64,000 nucleotides of DNA from Raillietiella orientalis (taxonomy: Eukaryota), in assembly GCA_036172245.1 (NCBI GenBank), contig JAYWIR010000060.1:496001-560000 (forward strand), read 5' to 3'. Shown piece after piece: positions 35,772-49,000 of this stretch. The notes beneath the pieces were generated by a model. The model worked only from the letters and a program-made list of their open reading frames with translations, ran no database searches and was not told where the DNA came from. The translations under genes and the position numbers were made by a program. Positions within the stretch are counted from its first letter, which is position 1. The number at the start of each line of letters is the position of its first letter.

Positions 35772-38700
35772 CTGAGAAGGGGGGCGGATTGGCACCTCTC
35801 CCCGTCGTGACCCACCCTCGACCTCACCTGGTCGCAGTGCTCGATGAGTATTTCGATGACGGCGTTGCAGAATTTGATCTCCATTATGGACGCCACGGTT
35901 TCTTCTTCGGGCCGCATCAGGGTGGGGCCGAAGCAGACGCCCAGGTTGTTGATGGACATGAGGTTGCGCTCGGCCAGGCGGGCGACCTTGCCGAGGTGCG
36001 CGAGCAGGAGGTGTAGCACTTCGCGATTCACGGTGGGCAGGCGGTACACCAGCTGGTGCACGCGGAGTATCCTGTGCATCTTGTCGGCCTGCTCTGCAGG
36101 AAGCGCCCCGGGCGGTGCGACGGCCTGATTCCCCCCCCCCCCATTCCCCGTCCGGACTTACTGACTGAGGCGATGAACTGGCCGTGCAGGTGGAACGTCA
36201 TCAGCGGTTCCGGGAGACTTCGGAAAAACTGCTTCACGGCGCTGGTCAGCGTCTTGGTCTCCCACTCGAGGGGGTTGTCGAGAGCCAGGTCACAGTTGGA
36301 AGGGTTCAGCCCGTAGGCCAGGAGCTTGTTGACTTTCGACCCGACCCCGACCACACGGTAGAGACCCTGTTCGTCCAAGCCTGGAAAGGGGCGTCCCGGC
36401 GCGCGCCCCGCGGGCGAGCGCGCGCTTCTCCCACCTCGCCTCTCCAGCTCCTGGATGCACTGGCGGATGAAGTTCATCCCCACTTCGTCCAGGTGCGTCT
36501 CCTCGGAGTGCGCGTTCCTGAAAGCCGGGGCCCGCGCGATCTCCCTCCCGGCCATGGCGTCCAGCCACAGCTTCCTGTCTTCCATGGAGACCGCCTGCAG
36601 CGTGAGCAGCCGGTCGTCCGTGGTCACGTCGAAGCAGAAACGCCTCTCCGCGTAATCCGCGGGCTGGCAGCCGTGGACCACGAGCGACTCGGTGGTGGTG
36701 ATCTTGTTGGCCAGCTGGCTGTAGGGGATCATGACGAGGGTCCTGCTGGCCTTGTCGTACTGGCAGTAGTGCTTCGTCCAGCCCGTGGTGCCGAACGCCC
36801 CTGGAATCACCCGTCAGCGGTTACACCTTCCCCCCCCCCCCTCCTCGCGCTCTACTTTTCTCTTGCAAGTAAAGGTATCCTTGGCGCGTGTACATTCGAT
36901 TCAGCGATCCCGGATCCAGCGGCTTCGTGCACAAAGGGAGGCGGCGACGTATCGAGTGAGCCACCGCGTGGGGGACTTACCGTTTTGCGTACTTCCAGCA
37001 TCCTTTGCTTCAACTGCTCGGCCTGGCTGCGGGTTGCATTGAAATTTTCTCGCGTCTGGAAAGCGGCGAAGCGCTGACAATGAGGGGGAGGAAGGGAGGG
37101 GAAGGGAAGGGGGGGGGGCGGGAAGGGCCTCTCGCCCCGCACTCACCCGCTGCACACGGACCTGAATCGCTGTCATATAAGGCTTGAAGTCACTGAAAAA
37201 ATCGTATCCCTGATGATAAAATGTCAGCCAACCGTACATAAATCGGAGCAACTGATGGCCGTTTGGGAAGGGGGCGGGGGGTGGGGTGGAGGGGAAAAGT
37301 CGGCTCGCCTTTGCTTTTTTCCAGAGGACTCACTGTTTCCACGATTTCGAATTTCTTCCGCTCCTGCACTTCCTGCAGCAGATACACATACTCCAAACTG
37401 GCTTGATGGAAGTCCCGCTGCTCGAACTCCACACTCGCATCGGCCTGGAGGGAAGACATGAGAGGGCGGGAAGCACACACCCCGTGCCGCGCGAGCCTCC
37501 CCCCACCCCACCCCGCTCTTCCACCCACTCTTCCGCGGAAAGCGCCGGAGAAGAAGAGGAGGAGGAAGGGTGGGCGGGCGCCTCGCACCGGCGGCTCCTC
37601 TTCGCCCGCTTCCCGACTCGCAGCAACTGCGTGCAAAAAGGGGGGACGCCGAGGCGGCTGCGCGCGAGGAGGGATACGCGCGGTCTGGCGCTCCCTGCGG
37701 GAGCGACGGGCCCGCGATCGCTTTCGATCCAGCTCGCCCGCCCCTCGGTTTCGATCGGGGGAGGGCCGCCGCCGCCTTCGATGGCGGAAGGACGCGCGTC
37801 CGGACGACAACGGGAAAAGAACTCACCCCGCGAGTGCACGGATTGGGGATTTCCGCTCGTTCGTCAGTAGCGCACAGCTCGAGCCTCGGTGTACGACCGC
37901 TGCAGACACTTTCCACCGTGTACGGCTGCAGCCTCGAATGTGGATCAATAGCGCGTGCTACGCAACACGGACCAATCAAACGGTTGTGAGGAGATGAGCT
38001 ACAGCTCTTGCAGCTCATGGAAACCCGAACGCTTATCGGGAGATCTCTGCAACACAACACCAACTGTTTCGCTTTCTTCGAGGGCGGAGGGAAAACAACA
38101 CACTTTCCAACGCCATTTTGCTACACTGACGAAAGCTGCCGTAACCTTAGCATAATACGATGGCATTCAGTGCGCTGCAGTGTTGATAATGACGATATCG
38201 AAGGGAGAGTCATGCTCACTGATGCTTCTGATTGCCGAAGGTTATGACCAATTATAGTAAAGGGATCCAACCGTGACACTACAGCAAAAAAAGAGAAAAA
38301 AGGGGGAGGGGGAAAAAGAAAAAAAAAAAAAAAGGACACACAGACACACGTGCGCGCGCGCTCACACTCACTCACTCACTCACACACGCACGCACGCACG
38401 CACGCACGCACGCACACCTTGTAACCCAAAGGAACGATCTGATCTGTGTGGTTGCACGGTAACAGCTGCTGCGATTCGACGGCCTTGACGATTAAAATTA
38501 GGATGGGAACGTGCATTGCTGGAAGGTGGTGGTCACCGTTCCCATGATAAGCGCAGTTCGGAAAACCCCGGGCGACCCGGAAGACGCTTACCTCTTGCAG
38601 GAAACTTTCGTGCTTCTTCGACGACAAGGAAAGGTACCTCTCTTGGCTTTGATAAAATTTTTGACTCTGCTTTTCGAATTTTTTCTTACCCTCCTGCAGT

Positions 38701-39224
38701 CAATGTAGTAACACAAAGTAGCAACAGGTATTACCTTCACGTTTCCAATGTGCTCTTTTCGAAAGGTATACAGGGGGTCTACGAACTGACCAAAGGCTTG
38801 CTCTAACTAGATAATGATCGTCTACAACTTTCAACGCAAAAGTGGCAGAGTTCGACGTACCATTCGCTCCCGCTCGTCCTCTATTCGGGCTATGAGCTCC
38901 CCGAATTGCTTGAGGGAATTCGATATGACGACCTCGTCGTCCGTTTGGGAGACGCCTATGCAGTCCAGGCGGAACTTTATGAGGGTGTTGGAGACCGTTC
39001 GGTGGGCCTTCGAGAGCGCTGCCAAACCGGAACGTGAGGTCACGAACAAACCCGGCCCGGGGCCGCTTACCTTTGGTTGCGGCGAACAACTCCTTGACGT
39101 CTTTGATGAGAGATTTGATGGCGATGCTGGTGTGGCTCAGTTCCCGTTCGTGGGCATGCAAGTTCTGACGGAAATACGGGCTGTCCATCAAGCTGTCGGT
39201 GAATTCCAGAGGCAGCAACCCCAT
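34954..39224 (-). CDS. Graf: Graf / ARHGAP26-ARHGAP10-oligophrenin family RhoGAP (BAR-PH-RhoGAP-SH3), complete, 15 coding exons, 706 aa
   Basis: Exons 39224-39071, 39018-38861, 38806-38735, 38693-38592, 37444-37334, 37251-37147, 37055-36981, 36922-36856, 36800-36435, 36380-36162, 36093-35828, 35771-35706, 35662-35472, 35165-35089, 35045-34954. All GT-AG and phase-consistent, total 2121 nt. Motifs MGLLPLEFTDSLMDSPYFR (BAR start), QEVQERKKFEIVE, GYLYLQEK/WTKHYC (PH), GLDEQGLYRVVG (Arg finger), NLMSINNLGVCFGPTLMR, VRTLYSC..ELSF..GLIPENYVEYL (SH3). Confidence 0.95.
35828..36922 (-). CDS. Graf: Graf coding exons 8-11 (PH and RhoGAP domains)
   Basis: PLDPGSLNRMYTRQGYLYLQEK|RAFGTTGWTKHYC...RRFCFDV...LTLQA..EDRKLWLDAM...IQELERR|GLDEQGLYRVVG...|KQADK...IEILIEHCDQ. 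Confidence 0.93.
36981..37444 (-). CDS. Graf: Graf coding exons 5-7 (C-terminal part of BAR domain)
   Basis: ADASVEFEQRDFHQASLEYVYLLQEVQERKKFEIVET|LLRFMYGWLTFYHQG...VQR|TRENFNATRSQAEQLKQRMLEVRKT. Confidence 0.93.
38366..38417. repeat. (CACT)n(CACG)n tetranucleotide repeats in Graf intron 4
   Basis: Seen directly. Confidence 0.85.
38592..39224 (-). CDS. Graf: Graf coding exons 1-4 (N-terminal BAR domain)
   Basis: MGLLPLEF...ATK|ALSKAHR...ERERM|LEQAFGQFVDPLYTFRKEHIGNVK|EGKKKFEKQSQKFYQSQERYLSLSSKKHESFLQE. Confidence 0.93.
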
Positions 39225-39700
39225 GATCGTTATTTCGAAAATGTCACACAACACCTGAAATGGGAAACACTCACTGGCGCGAGGATCCTCCTCACAGGAT
39301 GGCTGGCCGCACACCACATTCGAGCCCGCACCAAGGGCCCTCCCCGGGCACGCAGGGAGAGGAGGGGCGGGTTGGAGCCCGCTCTCTCCTCGAAAGGAAG
39401 ACACATCCATAGCAAGATGAAGGTATAAACGTGAACGCACGAAGGGATTTGAAAACGGGGGAAAAAAAAAAGAAGGGGGGGGGGGGGAGAACAAAAACAC
39501 ACACACACATAATTGACAGTACAGTTGCTATGGCGAAGTTAACAGCGACAAAAAAAGGAAAATCACGGTGAATTAGAGAAAAGGAAACGCACACAAAAGA
39601 GCAGTCTTTATCCACGCCGAGAGCTTTGCACAAACGTCCACACTCTCTATTTGAGAAATTCACACCATTCTGTATCCACCTTTTTTTTTTTCTTCTTAAA

Positions 39701-39730
39701 AAAGAAGAAGAAGAAGAAGAAGAAGAAGAA
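39701..39730. repeat. (GAA)n microsatellite
   Basis: Seen directly. Confidence 0.85.
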
Positions 39731-41369
39731 AGAAAACGAAAATCGTTTTCAGAAGCGTAAATACGTAATGTGCCATGCAGGCAGCATTGCCTCCAGCGAG
39801 AAAGAAAAGTCCTGCGAAAGCAATCCTTGCACTTCCACGTCTGCGCAGCTCTAAGAATCCTCAAATTCCAAAGAGTCCACGCGTGAGGAGGTTCTTTTCC
39901 TCTCTGCCCGAGCGGACCGCCACGACGCCCACTGTGCATCGGAAGCGCCCAATCCACCACCAGGACCGGGACTTTCCAGCTGCTCTCTGGTGCAGCCCCC
40001 GCGGCTCGTTGGGACATCTGGGATCTCCAGGAAACAGAGGCCCAAGGACAAGTTCCAGTTGGACGCGCGCAGTCGAACTGGAAGAGACGGCTGCCAAAGA
40101 CTCCCGGCGACGGCGACTGCAGTTGCATCTCCTCGCCCGGAAGACTCGACGGCAGATGCGAAAGGAACGAGTTCTCCCTGCAACGGGTCCCGCGAACGGG
40201 AGACGAAGTGGTAGGCCGCCGCCGAGAATGCTTAATCCGAAGCTCAATTCGATATCTGTGAAAGGAAGCGTCGAAAGCAGACGTCCGTTTTCATTTCGCC
40301 CGCCCGGCGAAACGCAGCACGCCGAGAACAAATGAGATCGAAAGGGAGAGAGAACGCGACTCGTTCCGGCGGCACCGCGGCAGCATCCGAGATGGAGCAG
40401 ACGGAGACGTCCGTCCGCTGAGGTTTGGAGTGCGCGAAAACGGGGACCGGAGGTGACCGTGAACGAAACGGCGCGCACCGCGAGGGTCGCCAGGAAACCG
40501 TCCTCCGCAACGTGCCGTGGGCGACCGGACGCTCGCCGATCCGTCCGAACGCGCAACCGAAGACTCGGGCGCGTGTGCGTGGCAACGCACCACGCAGACA
40601 CGTTTCTGGACGCACTTTCTCTTGGAGCAGGAGAGACGAGGGAAAACGGGATATCCGATCTGTTCTACGGAGCCCACAGCCCACTTCGTTGGCACACACA
40701 TACGCAAAAAAAATTCATCCGGTTCGGCTTCGGTCACCACCGTCTTCCCCGCCTTGGACGCTCCTCCAAAGGCCAACCGAGCACGAAGTCACCTGACAAA
40801 TGTTTACGTCTGCAGCTCGACGACTGCAACCCCTACCTGCCTTCGTGAAAAATGCACCACTTGGAATCTGATGGGCAACGCAGGTCCTTGGGAAGATGGC
40901 GGGAAATGAAAGAACTCCGGGAGAAGAACACATGCGCGTTGGAACCACGGAGACCTAGCCCTACAGCACGGAAGGGCAATCCCGTCATTTCCGCAGGATG
41001 ATCGGGATAACCACGGTAACGGAAGCTGTTTTTCCACCTGCCTACGATGCAGGTTTGCAAAGCTGATTGCTTCCCTTTTCCCGCGAGTGCCACACACTCG
41101 AACAGACCCGCGAACAGCTTCCACACTTCCACAACTTCCAACTTTCGATCCGAACGATTACCGCTGTGGACTTTGCGAGCTCTGCCGAGCAGGACCGGAC
41201 GGATGCAGGGAAGTGTCTTACTCTCCCATCTGTTTCCAGGACAGGTAGCGATTACTGGACACACGCTTCCCCCTAGAATCCCCCCGCCGATTGCTTCGAC
41301 CTCAGATGCGACCTTAACTTTGGCGAGATACCAAAAACATAAACCGAATGTCCTCATCCGGTGAACACG

Positions 41370-41950
41370 CGCTCTCTGATCTCACGACGCTGGGCTGAAC
41401 GCAGTGTCCCTTCGTTTCGCAACGGCGGCATGCGATGTTGGGGCATCTCTTTTCGAGGTGCTCCCTGACCTCGCAATGGTTTCTCCAAGTACCGGAGGTA
41501 GAGGGGGATTCTCCAGCGACCACCAGATTGTGGGGAAGCCCTACCGTTCTTTGCCACCGTGATGCGCACCGCGGCGAGCCCGCTAAGGATCCCTTCAAAC
41601 ACCGCGAATCTGCAGGGCTTTGCCCATAACTCGTGGACGGTGCCGAATTTTCGGAGTTCTTCCCGTACGCCGCTCGGTGGCATCCGTATGGTAATGCCCC
41701 TTAGGTGGACCACGATGGAGCCGTCCACCGGAAAGGGAAAGACCTGGCGGCCCTCGATCTTCACGGGAGTTTGCAGTAGCCCCTGTGCTAGACCGCCTGC
41801 TTGCAGGTCAGCTGACCCCCGCTTCTGACCGTAAGTTTCAAGGAATCTTCAGCTTTCGAACCGTTTATTCCAAAATTCGCACGGGCACGTTTCCTGGAAG
41901 CAGCGCACGCTGCTGGGCACGGGGCATCCAGGAAGCGCATAAGCACAAGA
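41370..41950 (-). mobile_element. Decayed non-LTR retrotransposon ORF1 (gag-like, Tx1/L1 or ZCCHC3-like) fragment
   Basis: IVVHLRGITIRMPPSGVREELRKFGTVHEL...FEGILSGLAAVRI, then a frameshift to LPHNLVVAG...HCEVREHLEKRCPNIACRRCETKGHC (tandem CCHC knuckle remnants); stop and frameshift present. Confidence 0.65.
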
Positions 41951-44900
41951 AAAGTCAAGCAAATACGAAAATCGCTTCCGATTTTGCGATAAGCACTCTC
42001 AGACTTTGGAAAGATTTCGGGATCGCCATTTAGGAGATGGGCGGAACAGAATAAAAGCATCAAAGAGTGATAAAAAGAGCTTTCCGTCTATCTTTCGATT
42101 CGAATGTCACCCTAAGGAATCGGAAAAAAGGCAAGAAGTTGTGTGTGCCATTTTCCCGGTCACCAAGACAAGGCTTCCCCCCGCGGCTTGTGTAATACTG
42201 AGAGATAATAATTGTTTCCACTATTCAATTATTATCTCTCAGCATTTCCACTATTCACATGAACTGACAAATGGCTTCATCAAATTGGTTTCCTACCCCC
42301 CCAAAAAAACCGAAATTCAGAGGTTTAAACGACGGAAAGAAGGAAAGGGGGGGGGGGGGATCACCACATCTGATAGGAACAGCCAGGAAACCAAGTCCAG
42401 ACAAGTGAAACAGAATGGCGCATAAAAATAAAACCGAAGATTTAGAGCACGAAGATTAAAAAAGGCAGAGAAGCGAACGCTCTGCTGACAAATCGTGGAA
42501 GCCCATCCTCGGTCACACGGAAAAGACAAGGAGACCACGGGAAGCTTCCGAGGTTCGAACAGGAACCGGAGGAGACGCCGGCCGCTCTGCTCGGAAAACG
42601 CCCCAGGGGCGAGCAGATGGGCGTGCACCAGATCTCTCCATCTACGGGGAGCTGCCACGCAAAGACTTCTTTCTAAAGCACGCACGCAACACGGACAGGA
42701 AGCGGTCGAACAGGAAGCACACGATGGTACGGTCGGATGTGGGAGACGACAGCACGGCGCCGCATCAGCGGTGGTTACCGGTGTACATCTCCATGCTGTG
42801 GAAACTAAGACACGCCGATTGCCGCTGCGCGTACACCGTGCTGTGTACTCCGTGCAGCACGCAGCAGCGTCCGCCGCGGATTGCGTCTTCTTCAGCGCCG
42901 CCTGCGGGGTCGCCGCGACGGGTCGCAAAGCGGTTCGGGAGGGAAGCTGCAAGGGGGGGCAACTCGAGTTCTCGAGCAGCTTCCCGAAGGAGGAGGATAA
43001 CCGTAAGCGCGTGGAATGATACGCAGCCACGTACGCGCACCGAATAATCTTCCGAAACATACAAAGGAACTACATGTAAACACACAAACGATTCTTAAAA
43101 GATTATTCAAATCACCGGCGACGCCTGGCATGAACAACGGCGGAGCCGGAATGGCAGCCGAGCACGGAGGAAAGCCCCGGAACAAAAAAAAAAAAAAAAA
43201 AAAACAAATCACATCGGAATCGTGACAACAAATTGTTTGTAAAACAGATTTAGTTTACAGCTTGTTGTTTATTATACGACCGCTGTACGGGGATGCGGAA
43301 AATGAAGGATGATCCCTCACGGAGCAGGTATGTGAATGACGAAGAAGTGCAGTGGTAATAACAATTTCATTAAATTATAGAACGCTTAATGTGTACAATG
43401 CCTCCGAGAATGGATAGATGCGTCGGGAAAGGGTTGGCACTGCAGCCGACTGTAAGAGCTTCTCGCGTGTCTGAACACATAAGAAGAGCACGATTTATGC
43501 AGCTGTAAAGAACTATGGAAAATCATTGCTTCGCTGACTAAAAAAAAAAAAAAATAAACCTTCAGACAGAGCTGTTACTCGCTACGGGCCTTTTCCTGGT
43601 TTAATACGTTTGGAGAGATTTTCAGGGCATCTGAATTCGGTGTTTCTGGTGCAATGAACCCTCGTCTGAAGCACGAGGCGGAAGACGCAAGACAACCCGA
43701 CGGAAATGACAGCTGCTGCAGAATAACACGAACAAAACGGAACGCTGGGATGGGGATTCCTCAGTCTCTGACACATGTACCAGGGAACCTGGGATTCATG
43801 AGGGCGAATTTACAGGGGAAAATCAAGAAAAAAACACCCTTATCGTTTAAAAAGAACCTGCGCCAAATCGAAAACCCGACTGAAGGGAATTTATCCCTCT
43901 TGCATGCGAGGTGACCATCGTCCATATCTGCAACAAGCCAATGCCGCTGGACTCTGGCAAAACAAAGAAACCTCAGATTGGGAAAAAACACCGTGCGAAG
44001 CAAAGGTTTCGGATTAGCATTCGCGCCTAACCAAAGTACGGCGTCGGAAAGCGAAGACGACGACGGTATGCGGATGCTGCATCCGGCAGAAGGCAAAATG
44101 ACACAAAAGGGCAGCAAAACAAACGCTTATTTCCCTCAATTACAATTAGCACTGGAGGGACGGGAACGCAAAGGCGCAGGAATGCTGCTTTGTCTTGGAA
44201 GGAATGGAGGCTGAAAGGTCTGCGGCTGCAGCAGTCATTACACCGAGTGCACCATCGCGTTCAGAAGCGATTTCGCACGGCATGCAAATCGGTACGTGCA
44301 CGCACACACACACACGAGGAGGAGGACATCTGTGCGCTCACTTTCAGCAGAAAGGCTCCACGGCGCCAATCCATTCCCGGAGATCGAGGCCGCCAACGTA
44401 ACCGTCGCACCATTTGTTCACCACCGGCGAACCAAAAGATTTGCTGCTGCTCATCCGCACCGCAGGAACTTTCAGAGCGAATTTTTTGCAAAGCACGAAC
44501 TACCGCCGAAAAGAGAAGAAGAGGCGGAGGAAAGACGGAGGGACTCTCTGGAAAGACGGGAAGGCGGAGGGGGACGAGGTCACAAGGGCCTGGCCGGAAG
44601 CACGTGGGGTTTTCGCAGAAACGGAAGACGGACACGAGCGGAACGAGCGGCATCACAAACTACTTCGGAACTGCTGCCGATGGTGGAAATGAAGCGGTGT
44701 TACTTGGATTGCGATCCCCCACAGCGACTCTCGCAGCTGCACTCCGGAGATCCTTGCAAAGAGTACACACAGGAGCGGGCAGATGAGAAGATCGGGGGCG
44801 AAACTGGTACTGCACACGGGGGGGGGGGGGTCAGCGTGAACCTGCATTCCGACATACAGCATATAGCATTTCCGAAGAGTCGCGACTCAACAGCTCCCAA

Positions 44901-45299
44901 ATGCCAAAGAGATATGACGTGGTGCGCAATGTGTACGACCGGAAAAGCACCGCAACCCACGTTCTGATTCAGATAACGAGTTTGCATTTCATTGGTTTTC
45001 TGGGGGGAAGAAGACGTCGATAACCCACCCGGCAAAAGTGAAGTGTACGATTTCGAATACTTTCAAAGTCTGCGACCAGCGGATGCACGTCTTCATAAGC
45101 AAACTGACCAAGGGAAAAGGGGGGAGGGGGAAACACGCGCACACGAAAAGAAAAATCAAGCTCGTACTCTGAAGAACCCCAGTCCCTCCCCCCCTTTCCC
45201 CTCAGATGGGGTGATACCGGGGCAACCAGAAGCAGGGACGCATTCCCTGCATGTTTCTGAACGGTTCGTTCTCTCTAATCGCACACTGACCTCCGGTAA

Positions 45300-46040
45300 A
45301 CGCCGGACTGTTATTTACAACACGTAAGGGACAGTCGGTCTCGAATTTTCCCAATGCCTTACAAAGTGCTCGACGGCGAAAAAAAGTGGTAACTACGAAA
45401 CGGTACAGACTTCGGTCGGTCTCCGACTCACTTCCATCCTTCCTTCCGATGAGCCTTTTCGGATGCTTGTGAAAAACCTGCCCCCCCCACACAAGCAGGA
45501 GCTTTTCTCTCTTCGAGACTTCGCCACGAGGGCAACTGGAATGGGGCCTCAGATTGTGATCGCCAGCCATCAGACAGTCATGGATAAAAATGTCCACTCT
45601 TGATTTTCCTTGGCCTTATCACTCGATGAGACAAAAAGCATTTCTTTTCTGGAGTGCCTGCCACGGACGCTCGCCACGCACTTAATTTTTGTCGCAGCGC
45701 TCGCGACCTCTCCTTCCGAGCAGGCGGTGATGGACTCGGGTTGATGGCCCATGTTCCCTGTTCCTCCTATCCCTTGTTTTCCCGCAGAAATTCCGATTCA
45801 CCCTGAGGCATTTTCGTGTTTCTAAAAGTTCTTCGGCAACTCTCGAGCCAGCTGCAACTTCCAGCTGCGCGACAGCCCAAAGGAAGATTCCAACTTGAAA
45901 TAAAACAACGGCACCCGTCTTTGCCTTCCAGAAGAAACCATCAATCGGGCGCAGATACGACGAGGCTGCAACTAGAAAAGCGGACAAGTGAACCTCTCTG
46001 AAATCACCACTGCTACGGCCAGGTCCGAGTGATCTCAAAT
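45300..46040 (-). mobile_element. Possible decayed LINE APE-endonuclease fragment
   Basis: Motif echoes across frames: DFREVHL (cf. LQETHL), TGAVVLF (cf. GVAILF), CLMAGDHN (cf. GDFN), SLYRFVV (cf. SRLDRF). Confidence 0.35.
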
Positions 46041-49000
46041 CCCTGATTCAAACAAGAATTCAACCATCAATCAAGATTTCTAGAATCCCTTCAGATTACG
46101 CTTTTTTTTCTTTCCTCAATTAGTCCTCCCTCTTCCTCACATTTGAGTGTGTCGCCGAGTGGAAACCTCGAGAGCCCTCCTCTCCTTTGCGAACGTCCCT
46201 CCGAAATTAAGAAATTACTCGACTTGGTCAAGTAATTTCGTGATTTTGTCTGCAAAATGCAGATTCCTCCCCCCGCACACCACCTCTCACCTTCTATTTT
46301 AGAAGGTACTCGCGTACGCTCCCTAAATTTAATGACTTCATTCGAGCGATCGGCAATCGACTGCTGTGCACTTTGACCTGCCGATTCCAATAACTGTTGA
46401 CTCGAACAAAGTATTTCGAAAACGTTTAAATAAAATCGTTTGCTTCTGCGAGTCCGCTCTCATTTCGCTTCTCAAGCAGCCTCTGGTGTGCCATTTTGTT
46501 TTTTTGGAGCGCTGAAGCCAAAGACGGTGGTGGTACGTGCCTCGTTGCCGTTATCCCAGAGACTCCCACAAGGAAAAGGGTCAACCAAAATTCGTAATGG
46601 TACACATTAAACTGTTTCACAATCACAGGCGGTGGCACCACCATCTTTGCGCTAAACGGAGGTAACGAAAAATTTCTCTTTCGCGATCATCCGGTTGGAA
46701 AGACGTAGGTTTCATTCCGGGAAACCAGTTTGCACTTTCCAGTCGCCATTTGCCGCCTTCTCGCTTTCAATGGGAACCCCGTAATCGCCAAAAGGAAAAG
46801 CGGACGGGTGCATTTTTTGCTGAGTTTGCTTCCTTGAAAAAAGGATGCTCGCTCGGAATGTATTTCCCACTGCGGAGATACCGCTAACGCCACCGAGCGA
46901 TTTGTGCAGCAGCGACGTGTCTGCGAAAGAAAGGCGGCATGGGTGGTTCTCGCCACACAACATTTTCTGATTTTTTGTTCTTCAAGGATCGCCCAATGAC
47001 CACGCGGAAGAAGAATTCCAAACCACAGCTCGGGAGAAGTGCCCGGGAAGAGCAACACGAACACAGGGGAATGGAAACCTTCATCAACATCGCGGCGCCG
47101 CTCCTCTCTCGACCGGACCTCCGTTTCCAAGATCACCGTAAAGCGCGCATTTTCTTTTTTTTTCCGGTACATTTTAGTACATTGGGGAAGTTGGTCGTGT
47201 GTTCAGAAAAATGGGAAATACGAAGAAGGACGAGACGGTGGCGTGGCAACCGGCACGCTGCATCCCCGCACGAAATGACGGGTTCCCTGGTCTCGCCTGC
47301 CTTTGGCACAACGGCCTTTCGCCTGAATCAGCTCCGATTTCGTCTTCCGTAAGAGACGGCGATGAAACTCTCGCATCCGAAGCCACCGGTACATCTCTGG
47401 GATGTGTGAGCAACGTGCACTTTCTGAAATTCGGGAGAGCGTTGCCCATTTTCAGTAGCAGTGTATGTGCTCGCTGAATCTCACGGTTCTTAGGTAGCTC
47501 AAAACAAAAAAAAAAACAAAAAAACAGGAAAAGCATCACGTAGCTCCAGGATTCATGCACGAATCCATGGAGGAATCGGAATGGTTTCCGTGTGTACACC
47601 GCGCATCATCAGATACCGTGCTACCGGACACCGTAATCTTTCGGACCAAAAAGGCCCCTCACTTTCAGGAAGCAGCCCATTTTTCACTATTAAAATGGCA
47701 CTGAACTTCGAAGAGCCCTCCAGCGGACGCATGGAAAACCAAAGATTCTTTCGGGCTCCCCCTTTCCCCCCTCTTCCTCCGAGAGAACTCCCGCTCGGCC
47801 TGGAGTCCTGGATTCCGGGAGAGGCGGTCCATTCGCAGCCGCCCCGAAAACAAAACCTGTAGAGTGGAAAGTGAAACTCCTGCCCTGGCCCTGTTCTCGA
47901 CTACCGCGTGCTAAAGGCACAACAAATCTTCCACAAACTTTTCGAACCCCCAAAAAGGGGAAAGAAAAAAAGACAAAAAAAAAAAACCTGCGTCTGTTTA
48001 TCACTTGATTTTTTTTTTCCCCCTTTTTTCGACAGAATACAGAGCTTTCCTAATGTGAGCCAATACGCACGAGTCATGTGCGACCCATGGAGGAACTTCG
48101 ACAAGGAAATGAGAGCCACCGCTGCAGTCGATGCGACTGCACCCCACGCAGGGTGCATCCACGCACTGACTGTGAGCTCCAACAGCCAGAGGGGCCCACC
48201 GACTTTTCTGCTCACCAAGTAGGTCGGAAGAGTTTTTCACGCCTGAGTCACAAGAACAACCCAACTTCATGTTTGCATAGCAAAGGAGCAATTCTTTTTG
48301 CAGTTTCGTTCACTAAATACCAAATTGCCGTAATCATCGTAAAGTATGTCATTCGAATCATTCATAATAATAATAATGACTACCTAAGGAAAAAAGTCCA
48401 GCTGCACTTCTTTTTTTTTTTTTTTTGGCACTCCAAGATCATCTAGAAATTCCTGAATGGTTACACACAGCAAGGATACCTTATCGAAACATAGAAAACA
48501 GACGACCGGGTTTTCCTGTATGACAGTCCCTTTGATCAAACAAAAATTCCTCGCATTTTTATCTTTTAGATGACTCATCTGTACTCTAATGTGATGCAGG
48601 AAAATGACCGAAAGCACCCACTGTGGCTCCCCGTCAAAGAAATCGCACAAGGTGTCTCCTCCTATGGATACAGCAGCACCGCAGTTGCTGCCTCATCGGC
48701 GATCTGGGAAGTTGGTGCACCATCCGCGGTCACGCAGTTCCGGGGGAATCGTTCAAAGCTTCACGAATCAGCTGACCGGAAACGGACAGAAATCTCGACC
48801 TTGCAAGAGACTGGCACGAGTTCGGTAAGGCTCCTTCATCCCCGTGACTCGAAACGTCTGGACCAAAGTAAGAATCGGAATGGAACAAACGAGCCCGAAC
48901 ATCCGATCGAAACGGCAGAAATTCGTTTGTTCCGTCGAATCCGAGCAGTTTGGCTTTCCGAACACAACTGCACACCCCTTTGGGTGCTCGGGGATGGGAG

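Noticed and set aside
36184..37077. 297-aa plus-strand ORF and similar ORFs antisense to Graf
   Set aside because: Antisense shadows of GC3-rich coding exons
38180..38235. C/D-box-like words (ATGACGA ... CTGA) in Graf intron 4
   Set aside because: Wrong strand for the host gene, imperfect C box and too short for a snoRNA
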